From NCBI GenBank assembly GCA_037447605.1, contig CM074804.1, forward strand, positions 2,170,001 to 2,234,000: 64,000 nucleotides of DNA. The letters are read 5' to 3'. Positions 33,001-54,530 of this stretch are shown piece by piece (the stretch's first letter is position 1; every line of letters begins with the position of its first letter). The translations under genes were made by a program, and so were the position numbers. This DNA is from Zygnema circumcarinatum SAG 698-1b. Lineage: Eukaryota > Plantae > Zygnematophyceae. A model generated the notes under the pieces. That model saw nothing but the letters and a program-made list of their open reading frames with translations, made no database searches and had not been told where the DNA came from.

Positions 33001-34208
33001 CCGGCTCCTCCTTACAGCCTCCTCACCTATTTTTTGTTCTGTTGCACCTCTTTTGACTGTGCAGTACGTTGGCGTTGGAATGACAGGTAAATACGCTTGC
33101 AGCGGAGAAGCTCTATGCATTGGCCGGAGATTGGGCCGAATTGGGACCGGACACATTGCTATTTGATGTCTGTTGCGGAACTGGCACTATTGGCCTTTCA
33201 TTAGCCCACCGAGTGGCCAAGGTAGGTGTGGGAAACTGTGGATTCAGTTATGGTTGGAGAAAGCAGTTTTTTTTTCTGTTTCTATTCTCAGGTTACAGCT
33301 CTGTCTGGTGTATTTACATACTGGGAATTGTTGTAGGTGGTTGGCATTGAGATGAACGAGTCTGCAGTTGAGGATGCCCGAAAGAATGCGCGTATCAACA
33401 ACATCACGAATTGCGATTTTGTCGCAGCCAAGGTGCTTATTTCCGACACTTGTCCTCTTGCTCTTAGGCGAGGAATAGTTGCTCAGCCTTACAGCTGACG
33501 CGTGGACCAAGTGGAATTGAACCAGGCAGAGGATGTGATGGCACGCCTTCTCGAGGAGTACTCGGCGGAGGATGCTGTTGCCAGCGACACGCCTGAAATG
33601 GAGGGGCCTGCTACGAAGAAGCTTCGCGTGGCGGATGTGGAGCCGGCTGAGGAGTGCTGCTCGTCTACGATCAGCAAGCCTGAGTCCAAGCCCTCTGCTT
33701 GCAAGTTCTCAAATGTAGTCGCCATTGTCGACCCGCCCCGTTCTGGGCTACATCCAACTGTACGGCTCACTACCTGCAACCTTCTGCTCTTTCATTGATA
33801 CTCAGCGATTCTGCAGTAATGAACTTCAACATTCCCGGGCTCTCCGTGGTAGCTATTTTCTGTGTGGCCACCTCTGAATGCTCGCTCGTGATCTATTGGG
33901 TGATGCAGGTGGTCCGCACACTGCGCGCGCACGCGCAGCTAAGGCGGCTCGTCTACGTGTCCTGCAACGGGGCGACCATGGTCGCAAACGCGCTTGAGCT
34001 GTGCGCTCCGCTGCCTGAGGGCGCAGCAGAAGGGGGGCAGCATCGACCTGGGAGGCGCAGGGGGGGGGGGCATCCAGGAGTCTCGCAGGCCAAACAGCGC
34101 TTGCAGGGCATGGCGTTCTCAGCTCCATTCCGCCCCATGAAGGCAGTGGCGGTGGACATGTTTCCGCACACTGCGCATTGCGAAGTGGTGATGCTTTTTG
34201 AACGTTAG
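30072..34208 (+). CDS. CCCH zinc-finger tRNA (uracil-5)-methyltransferase, TRM2/TRMT2A family
   Basis: CVYWRKGSCRRPDSCRYAH (C-x7-C-x5-C-x3-H), GYRNKCEFSIG, GFWRMLT, LKFQISPTAFFQ|VNT, DVCCGTGTIG, AIVDPPRSGLH, LVYVSCN, AVDMFPHTAHCEVVMLFER* (catalytic Cys and Glu present). Confidence 0.94.
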
Positions 34209-34843
34209 CATGGTCTGCAGGCAGCTGCATTGTGTCTTAACTTTGTTGCTCTTCGCGCTGCTCGTCATGTGTGAGCCCAAGCAAGAATTGTCGGTGTTGA
34301 AAGCTGATGATGAGTGAACGTCGTGCCTTCGTGGCCATGGCAGTGCTGCATGTGCGTGTCAGGTTGTCTGCGTATATCAGGCATCCTCCACGAAACCAGT
34401 TTCCTATAGGAACTCGTAGTCTCGTCTTCGCATTGTGCGCACGAGCACAGCAGAGAGAACAGCAAGATACGTGCGACTGCCAGACCAAAGAGGGCTGATT
34501 TGATGGGGCCTACGGGCGAGACAGGTACCACGTGGAGACAGGCCGTGGCAAAGAATGTATATCAACTTATAAGCATGGACGCTACAAAGCGCAACAGAGC
34601 CGCTGATGAGGTGACCAAATTGCAGAGACGTCGCAGGCTAATAAGCAAATGCTTATGTCTACCTGAAAATCTCACTTAATGTAGGGGGGCTTCGGGGACT
34701 TCGACAGACTGCGATTTATCGCCGGCGTGACCACAAAACCATACGACTGCGCAACTCCAGGTGCTCCACCTTTCACTCGTCTGTTGGTAGGTGCCAACGC
34801 AAGGATCACAACATAGCTGTGGTTTGATGGATGTCGAAAACAG

Positions 34844-43593
<8,750 letters not shown>

Positions 43594-43756
43594 AGTCCGT
43601 CCCCTCCCTCGCCCTCCCTCCCTCGACCGCCTGCACGCCCGCCAGGGCCATGGCGGCCGCACGTGCCGCCGCGCCGCGCTGAGTACCGCTTCCGCGCGCC
43701 TCGCGGCGGAGTACCGTTTCGTCGTCCGCTCCACGCTTGCCGCGCGTCCCCGCGCC

Positions 43757-43810
43757 ACACGTGGCAGCGCCTCGCGGGCCATTGGCGGTCGCCGGATCGC
43801 GCTGACGTCA
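43757..43810. promoter_or_regulatory. ABRE/G-box (ACACGTGGC, 43757-43765) and palindromic TGACGTCA (43803-43810) upstream of PGIC
   Basis: Exact bZIP-site consensus matches about 165-215 bp upstream of the putative first ATG, with a CCAAT (reverse ATTGG) between them. Function is untested. Confidence 0.4.
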
Positions 43811-44007
43811 ATGGTGGCGTTCGTACCGTACGGCCGCCTCGGCTTCTCGCGAAACCGCCGGCCCGGCCCGGGCGGGCGGGAGGGACAGGTCACATGTGAC
43901 CGCCCCCCAAACTGCGTTCCGTGCGGGAAAACTGCCGTGACGCTGGGCTGGACTGCGTGAGAAGCGCACGTTTTTTTTGCGGGCGGGCGATTTGGGCCTC
44001 TCACGAC

Positions 44008-44392
44008 TAGGGATGGCCCGCGTTATAAATTCCGAATATATTATATACTTTACAACGGGTTTAAAATTAGTAATATATTACAAAGTAAAACACTTTATTA
44101 CATATATTATACCCACTCGCTTTGAACAATTAACGACCGTATGACCGTATTCGTACGGTCGTACGGTCGTACCATACCAAAATTAGGTCGTTTTGGCGTT
44201 GGCGTTGCGAAATGCGTTCGTCTGGTTTTCTCTGTCTGCTCGTGCTCGGGCCGCATAATACCGTACAATCGTACGACCATACGACCGTACAAGTTGTAAA
44301 GGCGTTGTAAATTAATATATATCAGCCGTTATCTAGTCGTCACAGTTGTATAATATAATATATATTATATAGTCGTAACTAATCCATCCCTA
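44008..44392. mobile_element. Non-autonomous hAT-superfamily element (Ds-like MITE), 385 bp
   Basis: 9-bp terminal inverted repeats TAGGGATGG/CCATCCCTA, resembling the Ac/Ds TIR (C/T)AGGGATGAAA. Flanked by 8-bp direct repeats CTCACGAC (44000-44007) and CTCAAGAC (44393-44400), a 7/8 match. AT-rich interior with clustered (A)CGACCGT/ACGGTCGT motifs at 44133-44172 and 44259-44290. Confidence 0.85.
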
Positions 44393-44713
44393 CTCAAGAC
44401 CGGCTCAAGACCGGTTTTTTTTTTTTTTTTTTGACTGGCGCACATGGAGAGCGGAGGCTGCTGGCTGCGTCGCGAGCTTCCTCTCAAGCTTCCGCTTCAT
44501 AAAAGGAGCGTAATTTAAGCGGCTTTGGAAATTCTTAAACGCTATGAAAAGTGCAAGCGGGCAAGGAAGGCAGCGATCGTGATAACGAGAAGGGGTTTCA
44601 GGAGATTGAAGCCATATCTCCGCTCTACGATAGGCAAAGAGGCTGAATAAAATATTTACATTATACGGAGCGAGTCAGTACAGAGTACAGGAATCGAGAA
44701 ACGGACTCTTCTA

Positions 44714-47700
44714 TCACAGCGAGGTTGAGGTCAAGCGCAGCAGGGGGCCTGCCGGGGTGGACACGGCTTCCAGCAGCCCCAGGCCCTGCAGGTCTCTTAT
44801 GTGAAATTGCATCCCGAGCTTGGAGTACCGCAGCTGCCGCTTGGTCAGCTGCGCCTGCAGCATCTCCTTGAACTTCTGACGGGAGAGCAGGCCCGCCAAC
44901 TCTCTCCTTCCCTGCCAACCACTCCACCGGCAACCATTGGTTACGGCCAGCAATTCCAGAGCAAAGTGTTCATTTTCGGGACAAGCTATGCACAGCTGTG
45001 GCAAGCAATCCTATAGAATTCACGTGCCACACCTACTGTATGCGGAATAGCGGCACCACTGCTAGCCTCCAGGCCTCAGAGTGAGGTGGGCCGCACCTGC
45101 ACCAGGCTCTTAAGCAGCAGGCCAATGTCCGGCATAGCAAACCAATACGCCATGCCGTCGGCGAGCTGCCGCACCTGCACCACAGGCCACCAGCGGACTG
45201 AAGAGCGCCGCGAAACCCAGACTGCAATAACATGTAATAGTGGACGGCAAGCAGCCTTCAAACCACTTTGATCTCTGCCGTTAAAATGACTGCTCGTAAA
45301 ACTCCTTCGGTTGTTCTGACAGAACGCAAACTATGACCATTGAAAAATTAAGAAGGATGTTATTGTACAATTGGGAATGATATGAAAAAAATTTACCAGT
45401 AGTCCCCCTTGGATAAGGACAGAAATATGCTTGTCTTCCACCACCCCCCCCGCAGCCAACAGCCCAACCTGCACCAGCACTGTCCGTCATTCCTTGTCTG
45501 GCGATCGTGTAGTTATAAAAAGTCTACCACGTCCTTTGTTAACTTCAGCTAATCAGCCAACCAAAAGAAATTCGCTTGACACTGAAGGATGGCTAGCCGT
45601 TGTTAATTGGAAGTTTTTTTCATTGAACAGACAAGTAGCTTAGAGCAGGCTAGTGATCAATACAGCAGTCTCTACCGCACAGAGAGATCTGGGAAAACAT
45701 GGGAGTAGGTGTGGATCCGAAGACCTAGATGACCTCAACCTGCGAAGTAGATAGCAAGCAGAGCATGTTGAAAACGAAACATAAACTTACCAGCTCGGAA
45801 TGCGTGATGCCAGCGCTGAGGCAGACAGGGAGCACATGGGCCTTGAACCAATCGAACGCCAGCAGCCAATGGGGTTCAGCCTTGTTTTCCATCCTTCTCT
45901 TGCTAGATGTCACCTGTTCAATCGTCCGTTAACCAACCTATTAGTAGTGGACACCTTTGCCCTCAAGAATTTTACAAGTTTTCATGCATAAAAATACACA
46001 TTTTGTCGCTGCGCAAATTCAGGTGCCACTCTCCATAATGTAGAATTCAACACCACCTAAGAGACGAAATAATCACTGCAGGCAGTTCTTATATTGTTGA
46101 TACTTCAGACAAAGGTTCAGGTGTAGGGACCTCAAAATAAATCAAAACAACGACTAACCTGCTCAAGATAATCCTCTGTCAACATGATGGCATGGTCATC
46201 TTTCGCAGTTATCAGTTTAAACACGCGAACCTGCCTCCGCTGCTTCAGTGCCTGCATAACCGAAGGAAACAGTTTGATCAGGCCCAGAATGCAGTGACAA
46301 AATTTACTTTGTAATCTACGAAGCCCCTCCAGTTTGCCTTTGGGAAGTTGGTCTGCTACTATGCAGTTGAACTCCCTAAATGAACACAAATGCTTGGACA
46401 TGCCACATGGGCCGTCCACGTACCATGCGATCCCGCAGAGAAAATGCATTTCTACAGTTCAGCTAAGTGACAATGGAACTCTGAACTATACTTAAAGGAG
46501 ACTTATTTCCTCATATTCAAAAACAAATACCTCCTGCCCAGCTTGACAGCCGTACACTCATCACCCCTTTGCCGCCGGATAACTTACTGCTCCGCACCTC
46601 CAACTGACGGTCCACGACTGTGCGATCGGCCACGCTGCTATAAAGTTGCGAACGGAGCACAAAAGGCCGCGCTACACTCTGCATTCCCCCACGCGGACAT
46701 GACTCATGAAGCCGTGGCTGACATACACAAGCTCCCAAGCCCATAGAGGCCTGATGACATAATATAGCTGAATTCAAAAGAGGTATGCAGCTTGTCACAG
46801 CTTCCAGGAGCGAAATCGTTTGGACGGGAGTGACTACTATCGTGAACACAGCTGAGGTGTCTTGAATGCAGTCATTCTGTACTCTTCGAGAATTGTCACG
46901 GGCCGTTTTCTGAGAACAGAGCTAAATAGAAAGGACTCAGATTATCCACCTTCTCGACCACAGGGAACTGCTTCAACATAAGTTTGATGGCAACCATGGT
47001 GTCAGAGGGCAAGGTCTCAACATCTGCAATATACATGCCAAGATGAATTGTCTGAGCTTTTCCGCCTAGCAGTCAATACTGCAAATTTAATTGTCAAGAC
47101 TTTGCCCACGCACTGTCAGTTTGTGAGCGAGAGAAAGCTCTTGAGTAAAGAAGCTACATACAACAACGTACAGGCCAAAAGGTGAAAGAGGTTTCTTCAC
47201 AATTCACATGACATCTGCGAGATTCCCTAGGGATACAGGAAAAGTGTGAAATACGCTGCTTACTTCAAAGTATAAAAATGCCAAATGTTAACAAAACAAT
47301 TTATTGAAAGTCACAATTTGCTTGTTTTTTGGACGTGAAATGTGGGCATTTATTAGGGTTATCTAGATGCTCGACGAAAGCCCCTAATAGCCTTGTTTGC
47401 TGGTGTGTTTTATTTTCGTGTTAACCCTGACTACCAGTTGAATGCTCAACTGATAGTTGCATGATTATCGACGTTAACGGTCATGTGCTTCTGGAAATAT
47501 TTCCCTCTGCTTGTCTGCCCGACGAACATGCATCAAATTCCTCAAAAGACAAAAAAAAAAAAACGGGGACAATACATTTCCCATCCATTCCAGGTCTAAC
47601 CATCACCCTTAACACCAAGGGCAGAGCAGAAGGCTCGTATCACAAACCAGACACCATAAGTCATTTTAGAATAGCAAACTTAGCCGCAGCAGTTCCAAAC

Positions 47701-47989
47701 GCTTACCAATGCCAATATCGCCATCATCCTCAAGTGCATCTTCATCGCCACTGCGTTCAGCACATCCCTCGTCACTGGCAGGTGGTTTAGAATCCGAAAG
47801 ACTCTCCTTGCAATCATATTCTCTTGCTAAGGGCTTGGCCGACTTTGAATCCGAGAGCTTGAGCATATTAAAGGGGCCCTTTTTCAACTTTCTCATGGCG
47901 TTTTTTTCCCAGAAATTGCCAGAAGCTGCAGCCTTGCGTTTATGAGAAATGATCCCATGAGTTCTTCCCGGCTCTTCCTCGCCCGCCAT
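44714..47989 (-). CDS. STK19: STK19 homologue (tandem winged-helix protein, historically annotated as Ser/Thr kinase 19)
   Basis: SDTMVAIKLMLKQFP, PFVLRSQLYSSVADRTVVDRQLE, VRVFKLITAKDDHAIMLTEDY, YWFAMPDIGLLLKSL, GRRELAGLLSRQKFKEML...MQFHIRDLQGLGLLEAVSTPAGPLLRL. Confidence 0.85.
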
Positions 47990-48426
47990 GCTGCTCCTCA
48001 GAGAAATCGAAAGCGTGTGGTCGTCCCGCGGATTTCCTTTCTGCAAGCAGATTCTCACGCCAACTGGGCGTTCGGACGACTGAAAGGAAGCGCTAAAGAC
48101 AGTCGACTGCCACTGGCAAGGCAAGGATCCCGTTGTCCCGACGGTGTTGCCCACCCTGTTCGCCACTCTTCTACTGCGTCCTCTAAGAACATTCAATCAA
48201 ATTAGAGAGAGAGGGGAGTGAGAATAAATGAAGAGGCAGGCAAAGCGGAAGCAGCCTTGTTCCATTTGGGTATTCCAGCGCGGGCTTGTGGCAGGCGGAG
48301 GAGAATGCTGGCTGGGCCGAGCAGAGCGGGCGGCCTTCCTTCTCCTCCGCCTCAAGAACCCTCCCTCCCTCCATCCCTCGCGCTCTCGCAGGCAGGCGCG
48401 AATTCATTCCTTCACGCCTCCCCAAG

Positions 48427-48463
48427 CGTCACGACGCGTCACGACGCGTCACGAGCCGTCACG
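48427..48463. repeat. Four CGTCACG units at 10-bp period (TGACG on the minus strand) in the STK19/TKI1 divergent promoter
   Basis: cgtcacgacg cgtcacgacg cgtcacgagc cgtcacg. Confidence 0.8.
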
Positions 48464-49688
48464 GGGCGGGGCGGGGCGCGTGCGCGGGCGCGCAAAAAAG
48501 GGAGGGCGTTGCCCACCTGCCCGCCCGCCTGCCTGCGTTCAAACTTGGCGGGAGGGAGGGAGAGGCTTGCTTGCTCCTTGCCGTCCCGGTTCCGCTGCAC
48601 GCTGGCTGGGCTCGGGCGCTTTTGCTCGTCCCTCTCCTTTCGTCTGCCGGGAGGACGCACTGCGCTGCGCTGGTCAGTCTCCGACTCTCTGCACTCCGCT
48701 CTTTTGGCCATACTAGCCCCGCTTTACATTGCTCTTCGTCGACCGTTTCTGTTCTTTTTCTCCTTGAGGCCATCTCGCAATTTCAGACATTTTATCATGC
48801 CTTACTCTGTTCTTGAAAGTTTGCTCGTCTCTTCGGTACCCCTCGGGTACTTGAAAGTGCTTTGGTTTTCAAGGGTAAGGAAAAATGTAACTTAAGGACT
48901 AAGGTTGATTAAGAAATAATACTGTTGGTGCTTGACCCTGACATCTGCCTGCCATCTGACAGCGTCATGTATCAAGATATATTGCGAAGTTCGTATTGTG
49001 AATATCGATCTCGCTTTTTTTCTCGACCCTTTTTTTTATTGCCATCGCGTGGTCAATGCCACATACTCCCTTTTTAACTTATAGGTCAACAGCTTGTGAC
49101 CGGTAAATACAGCGTCATCATGACCCTGACATCTGTCTTGCAAAGTATGGTCATATAAATCAAGAAGTGACGGGGCATGTTAGTGATTTAATCGACGAGA
49201 GTAAGGAAATGTACCTGAAGAGACGTTTGTACACTGGGTTAAAGGGGAAGCTGTAACGGTGTTATTGCCCAGTATCTACACGTTAGAATGTCCAAAGAAT
49301 GAAGTATGAATCACGACATGCAGACGTATTCGCAACTGTTGTAAACTTCCCCTCAAATCGCTTACGGTAATATCAGAAGTCTAAAAACAAACAGAAACGC
49401 CTTGAATGGCAGGTTTGAGGGCAAATTCTTAATAATCTCCGTGTGCCTATAACCTGCGTTATTTCATCCTTAAACTTTGTAAGCTGCTTGACTATGTCGG
49501 GACCCTTTAATCTTCAAGATTCACGTTTGGGCCGCTGTGTTATGCGAATGGTTGTTAGACCTGGTGTGTTATTCTAATCATCAGTATATAGAAAATGAAA
49601 TGCAAGTTGACCACCTTCGTTAGGTGGGAAGTCAATTGCCGGAGCCGTTGATTGATATCATGTTTTGGACGACTGGTCAGGTGCGGTC

Positions 49689-52600
49689 ATGGAACGTCGG
49701 CGTTGGGATCCCTGGAGCCATGATGAGGAGCAGGCCTTTTTCTCTGCTCTAAAGGCAGTCGGAAAGGTAAGAATCCTTCATCTTGTCGCATAGCCCATCA
49801 ATTCACCAGAGGTGTCGTTCTGTTGTGCTGGTTTGCCTAAATCTTGGTGAGGACCTAAACAACGCAGTTTAATTGCCGATTTGCAGGACTTTCCACAAAT
49901 TTCAAGAGAAGTGGGGAGTAAGACTAAAGAGCAGGTAGGGTCATTTCTTCTCCGCAGAGAAGCAGCAGAAAGCCCATGTCTGATTGCAAGTTTACCTATA
50001 TACCATCATGAAAGTAAATGTTATGAGTCATAAATGCAAGTATTTTTTCAACTTCAGTATTTCCGGTCATGGATATCCATAGAACTCCAAACGTGAGACA
50101 TGGGGAACACGGACTGGCTGCACAGGTGCGTCACTATTTCTATCGCACAGTGAAGCGCCTGAAGGAGCTACTAGGTCCTGGCTTTTCCGAGTCCCTCAGC
50201 CAAAGCAGGGAAACGTGTGCAGCGCTTTTGTCCTGGTAAACGTTTCTTCCCTTTCTAAAGGCGACCGCCAGATGTATCCATTCGTTTGCAACTTTGATAG
50301 TCATGTTTGCTGTCCATTTGCGTCCAATACCTTTGAGTAGACCTCTGACGGAAGGCATATGTGTTTTGGGAAATAGGTGGAGTTTACTGCAGGAGCACAA
50401 ATGCGCGCCACAAAGGCACAGGATGTCCTCGGATAGCCTGCGACAACTTGCAAAGAGGCTAGTAGGTACCAGTAGCTTTCTGCTGTATTTCTGGCCTTAA
50501 ATCAGGACATATCTTTTTAGGGGGTTGAGTTGTGAAAACGGTTTGGTCATTGTATTGATCGTCGTTGAGTAGAGTAGACCTTTAAGTGCAGTACACCTGC
50601 TTCAAGCCTGAATTCTGGGAAGAGATGCCGTACTAAAATGACTCTTCTTTGTTTGAGTTTCCGTGTGCAGGGTCATCAGATGCTTATGGACAGAGAATCG
50701 AATGACAACACACCTTTTGAGGCTACAACTGGAAAGGCTGATGATGGCTCTGAAGAAGGCGCGGCGAAAATTGCGTACAGTAATGCTGTGGTCAATCCGC
50801 TAAGAAGCAATCGCAGGCTGGATGCGCGCTCTGTTCAGGCCACCTGCGGAACGCCTTCTCCCTTGCATCTTCAAGGTGTCAGTGATGGAAGGAAGGATAC
50901 TGCGGAACCAGATTGGCTGCAGAGTCAGAACTGTCGCAAAATGATTGTTTCATCACCATCACGTCAGTCCGTTTGCACAAAGCAAGCAGCGGTAACAAAG
51001 AGGGTCTTTGTCGTTTCCTCACCTCCTGATGTTGCAGGCAGTAAAAGGAACATTTGGAACCGTAAGTTTTACCAGTTCTGACTATTTCCCCCCGACTTCC
51101 AGCTCAATAGTAGAGGTTAAATTTTGTGCTACTAGGCTCTTTATTTCTTTCTTTCGTATTTCCGTTTTCAGGCTTACAGAATTGGTTAAATTCGAGGTCT
51201 GATAAGTACTCTGCTATTGTCTGTAGATTGTGGCGTCTTTAATGTTGCTAAAGTCAATCCTCTCGACGCACTTCTCAAGGCTCGGCTCACGAGCTCATTT
51301 GGAGTTGTTCAGTTTGATAGCAAGCTTCTTCGTAGTTTTCTTCGCAGAGGCCATTACCATTTTCCACAGCTGAGCTTCTGTTGACAAGCAGCATTTCTCC
51401 TTTATTGTGTTAAGCTCCTAATTTCTCTCTATCTACCTCTGCTTGTATTATGCTGTACCAGACGCATTCAATCCTGGCCTTCCAGGTGATGTCGAGGTTC
51501 ACAAGCCTGAGGGAGACAGTATCAATGAAATGCAGATTCAGGGTTTGGAGCGACAAGGTATGAGCTCAGACAGAGAGAAGATCCACGACACCGAGAGGGA
51601 CATGCTTGACTTCCATTCTGGCAAGCATCAGTCGGCTGAACTTCCGACTAGAAGAGAACAGGCGCTTGGAGCAGCCAAAATAAAATTGCAACTTTATCCG
51701 ATGGATCGCGTCACCAACCTCAGCCTGCAAAAGGCAAGTGGTTTATGTTTCAATTTTTGACTTCCTAACTCATGGCATGTTTTCTATGGAAGCAAATTGA
51801 AATGCCAATACATTCTGAGGGATGCGCAGGATGGTTTCAATCCTCATGTGGAACTCGTGCTGAAGGCAAACAAGTCTGCAGCAGCTGTTGCGGAACGGCT
51901 TGCTGCAAAGTGGGAGAACGCTTCAGCGTCCAAAGGGAAGCTGCGCCTACTGCCCTACGAAGGGACGTTAGGCTCTGACCGTGCAAGCTGGGGAGACGAG
52001 TCTGTTAACGTCACCGTGGGGGAGATCTGGGCCAGTCTTGGCGGAAACGTGTTTCGGCTCAGGTGCTGCTCTTTGAATGAATACTTCGCTATTTGTAGCA
52101 AGATAGGGCAAGCAGAGAATGCTGCATCAGAGAGTGTTCCCCTTCAATCAGACACGTATTGAGAAGTTTCATTGTTTTGCTATTATGATATGGAGATGAG
52201 CACCTTCATACATCGGTGACGCAGCAAACTTTCAAATATTTATTAATGCAGTTAGGTCTCTCTTTCTCGACGCGCGTAATTTTTCACAACATAAACAGAG
52301 CCATTTCTTCACTCAGGGCTTGGTTTGACGTACTCTAATTTGGAATACTCACTCTACAAAAGATTATTGAAGTTGCCAAACATCAATATTGCAGCTAGCC
52401 GCTGATACAGACAAGAACATTTGACTACATTGCAGATACGGTTGGGCTGGTGCAAATGCTGAAGATCAGCTTCAACACACGCCGGCTATGACTGTGGAAG
52501 ACGGAGAGGATGGTGCGCAAGCACTTTGTTCAAACTTGGAGGATGCACGCCCAAGGCAGCACCCAGAAGTTTGTAGTTCTGGAAGGATACGCTCGGAAGG

Positions 52601-54530
52601 GAGGAGTCCTTTTCAGGATGAGACAGAATTGATGGTGTCATTTGCAAGAGCAAATCCGTCCAAAAGACCGAAAACAGCTGACCATGATGAATCGCTTTCA
52701 AGGACAAGGGAAGCTCACTTTTCAACTTTTTCAGATGCATCAGAAGAGATGCGAGCTATCGAGGCACGCACTTCCTTTCGGGGCTTTATCGAGCGAGGAA
52801 GCATTCCAGGGACAGCTGGCCCTGCTGCGTCCTCTCTCCCACCAGCCAGTATACTGCCAGTGGCAGAGGAGACTCTTCCATTCAAGTCGTCACATGAAGG
52901 CGTTGCCTGCTCTGACTGGCATGCTAAGTTTCCACAAAAAGCGACTTCAAAAGTCTTCTTTGGCGGAACCAATAGTTTTCTTCATGATCTCAGTCGGGAT
53001 GGCTTTGGCTGCAAGGCCTGGGGCGCTCATGTGAGTCATGAATCATTTCCCTGTACAAATTTGGGAACTACCTTATCAGCCTTCTTCGTTGCAACTGCAT
53101 GTTCTGTTCAGCAATGCCCTGCACATCATATTAGCTGTATTGCATTATTGCAGTTAGCAGGAAGCATGATGAGACATCATTGTCCTTGCTAGGTATCGAA
53201 TCTATACTTTTTTTCGTGTTGTTGAAGTCTGCGAAGCGTTGGTAAGTAGTGGCCACGTCACCTTGTAGGACCAGTTGTCTAATTTTGACTTTGGAGGCTT
53301 GGGAGGAACAACAGGACTCACTTCTTAAGAACGACAATTTGCTGGAGATGCCGACCTTAGGTGGCAACAATGACTCAGCCCTTTTGGAGGAAGGCCTCAG
53401 CATAGGGAGCAAACCTCTGCGGAGCAGCAGTCTCCTAATGCCTTCTGATCTGCCAAGTCCTCTGGGAGACAGTCGCAACTTGCAGGAGGTCCTCATGACT
53501 GATCTTTGGGGTCATGAGGATACGAGAGATGGGTTTGGAGTTATCCGGACGGAAGCTGCAGAGCAGGGATATCCAGAGCAGCTGCCTAAGATCGGAGAGT
53601 TGCGCTCACTGGTGAGACTCTGGACTATTGCCTGACCATCCCATTGTAGAGTCAACTGGAGTATGGAAGTTGAGATGAATTCCGCAAATTGGGCAACTGT
53701 TGATTGGCGACATTCTGGGCAGCTTGTCCAATGCCACTCGTTTGGGCTGATGTGCTTTGAACCTTAAAACTGTATTCGAGACTTGGCTTAACTTTCCCTC
53801 CCAAGAAAGTCAAAGATAAGTGTCGTCTTTCCCATGTCACACCTTCCTATATGCACTTGGTAGTTGCGTAGTTATTAGAATCTTATCACCTGCAAGCTCC
53901 TTGGAGGTCTCGTGCATTTCGCGCCTAATGCCTCGGCACTCTAACCCCTAATATAATCAAGTCGTGTCTATACATCTGAGCTGTTGACTTTACGACTCAA
54001 ATTTTTTGAGCTTTGAATTCTGGGAATATGTGTGCTCTACATTCCATGTCTGTTCCGTCATGGGGCTGACTTTGCTAGAAGGTTTGGAAGTTCAGACAAG
54101 CATTGGTGGGGTTGGGGCAACCGCCTGTGCGTTCTTTCATTAGGATGGCCATTCCTCTGTACCGTCAATGGAGCTCTCAGATCACCTCTCCACGGGGATC
54201 CTTGCCGGGCTAGCCCAGCCCAGAAGTGCTGAGACATCACAAACTAGCGTTGCATTTGATCTTCTCTGGGTGATTTCTCAAACCTATTTCTGCTTGCTGG
54301 TCATTTTGCGTTTATCCTTCCAAACAAGTCGGGGAGTCGGGGACTATTTTTTACGCTTTATACACAATTCTACCTTGCGGTGCACATTATGCTTTAGAAT
54401 TTCTGGGCGACATGGATTACTGACTGCGCTGTTGGTTAATCTTTCTTATCATGGCGGTGGTGGATGCAGGCAGACTCGTTGGGCTCCATCGGCATTGTTC
54501 TGCCAAACAGCAACTGAGTCAGGACTACTC
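49689..54530 (+). CDS. TKI1: TSL-kinase interacting protein 1-like (SANT/Myb, CRAMP1-related); 3' end uncertain
   Basis: RRWDPWSHDEEQAFFSALKAVGK|DFPQISREVGSKTKEQ|VRHYFYRTVKRLKELLGP, AALLSW|WSLLQEHKC, KIKLQLYPMD...LQK|DGFNPHVELVL...KW...LRLLPY...VFRLR, followed by a low-complexity C-terminal half. The terminal exon could not be fixed. Confidence 0.85.
51734..51829 (+). other. GC-AG intron in TKI1
   Basis: CAAAAG|GCAAGT...GCGCAG|GAT GGT TTC AAT CCT CAT restores SLQK|DGFNPH, matching the family motif. Confidence 0.85.

Noticed and set aside
44714-47989. Calling the STK19 homologue an active protein kinase
   Set aside because: No kinase motifs are visible, and the family is now understood to be a winged-helix DNA-binding repair factor.
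48218-48895. Overlapping 160-225 aa ORFs in the STK19/TKI1 GC island
   Set aside because: Arg/Ala/Pro-rich translations in several frames at once, typical of stop-poor GC-rich promoter DNA, with no homology signal.
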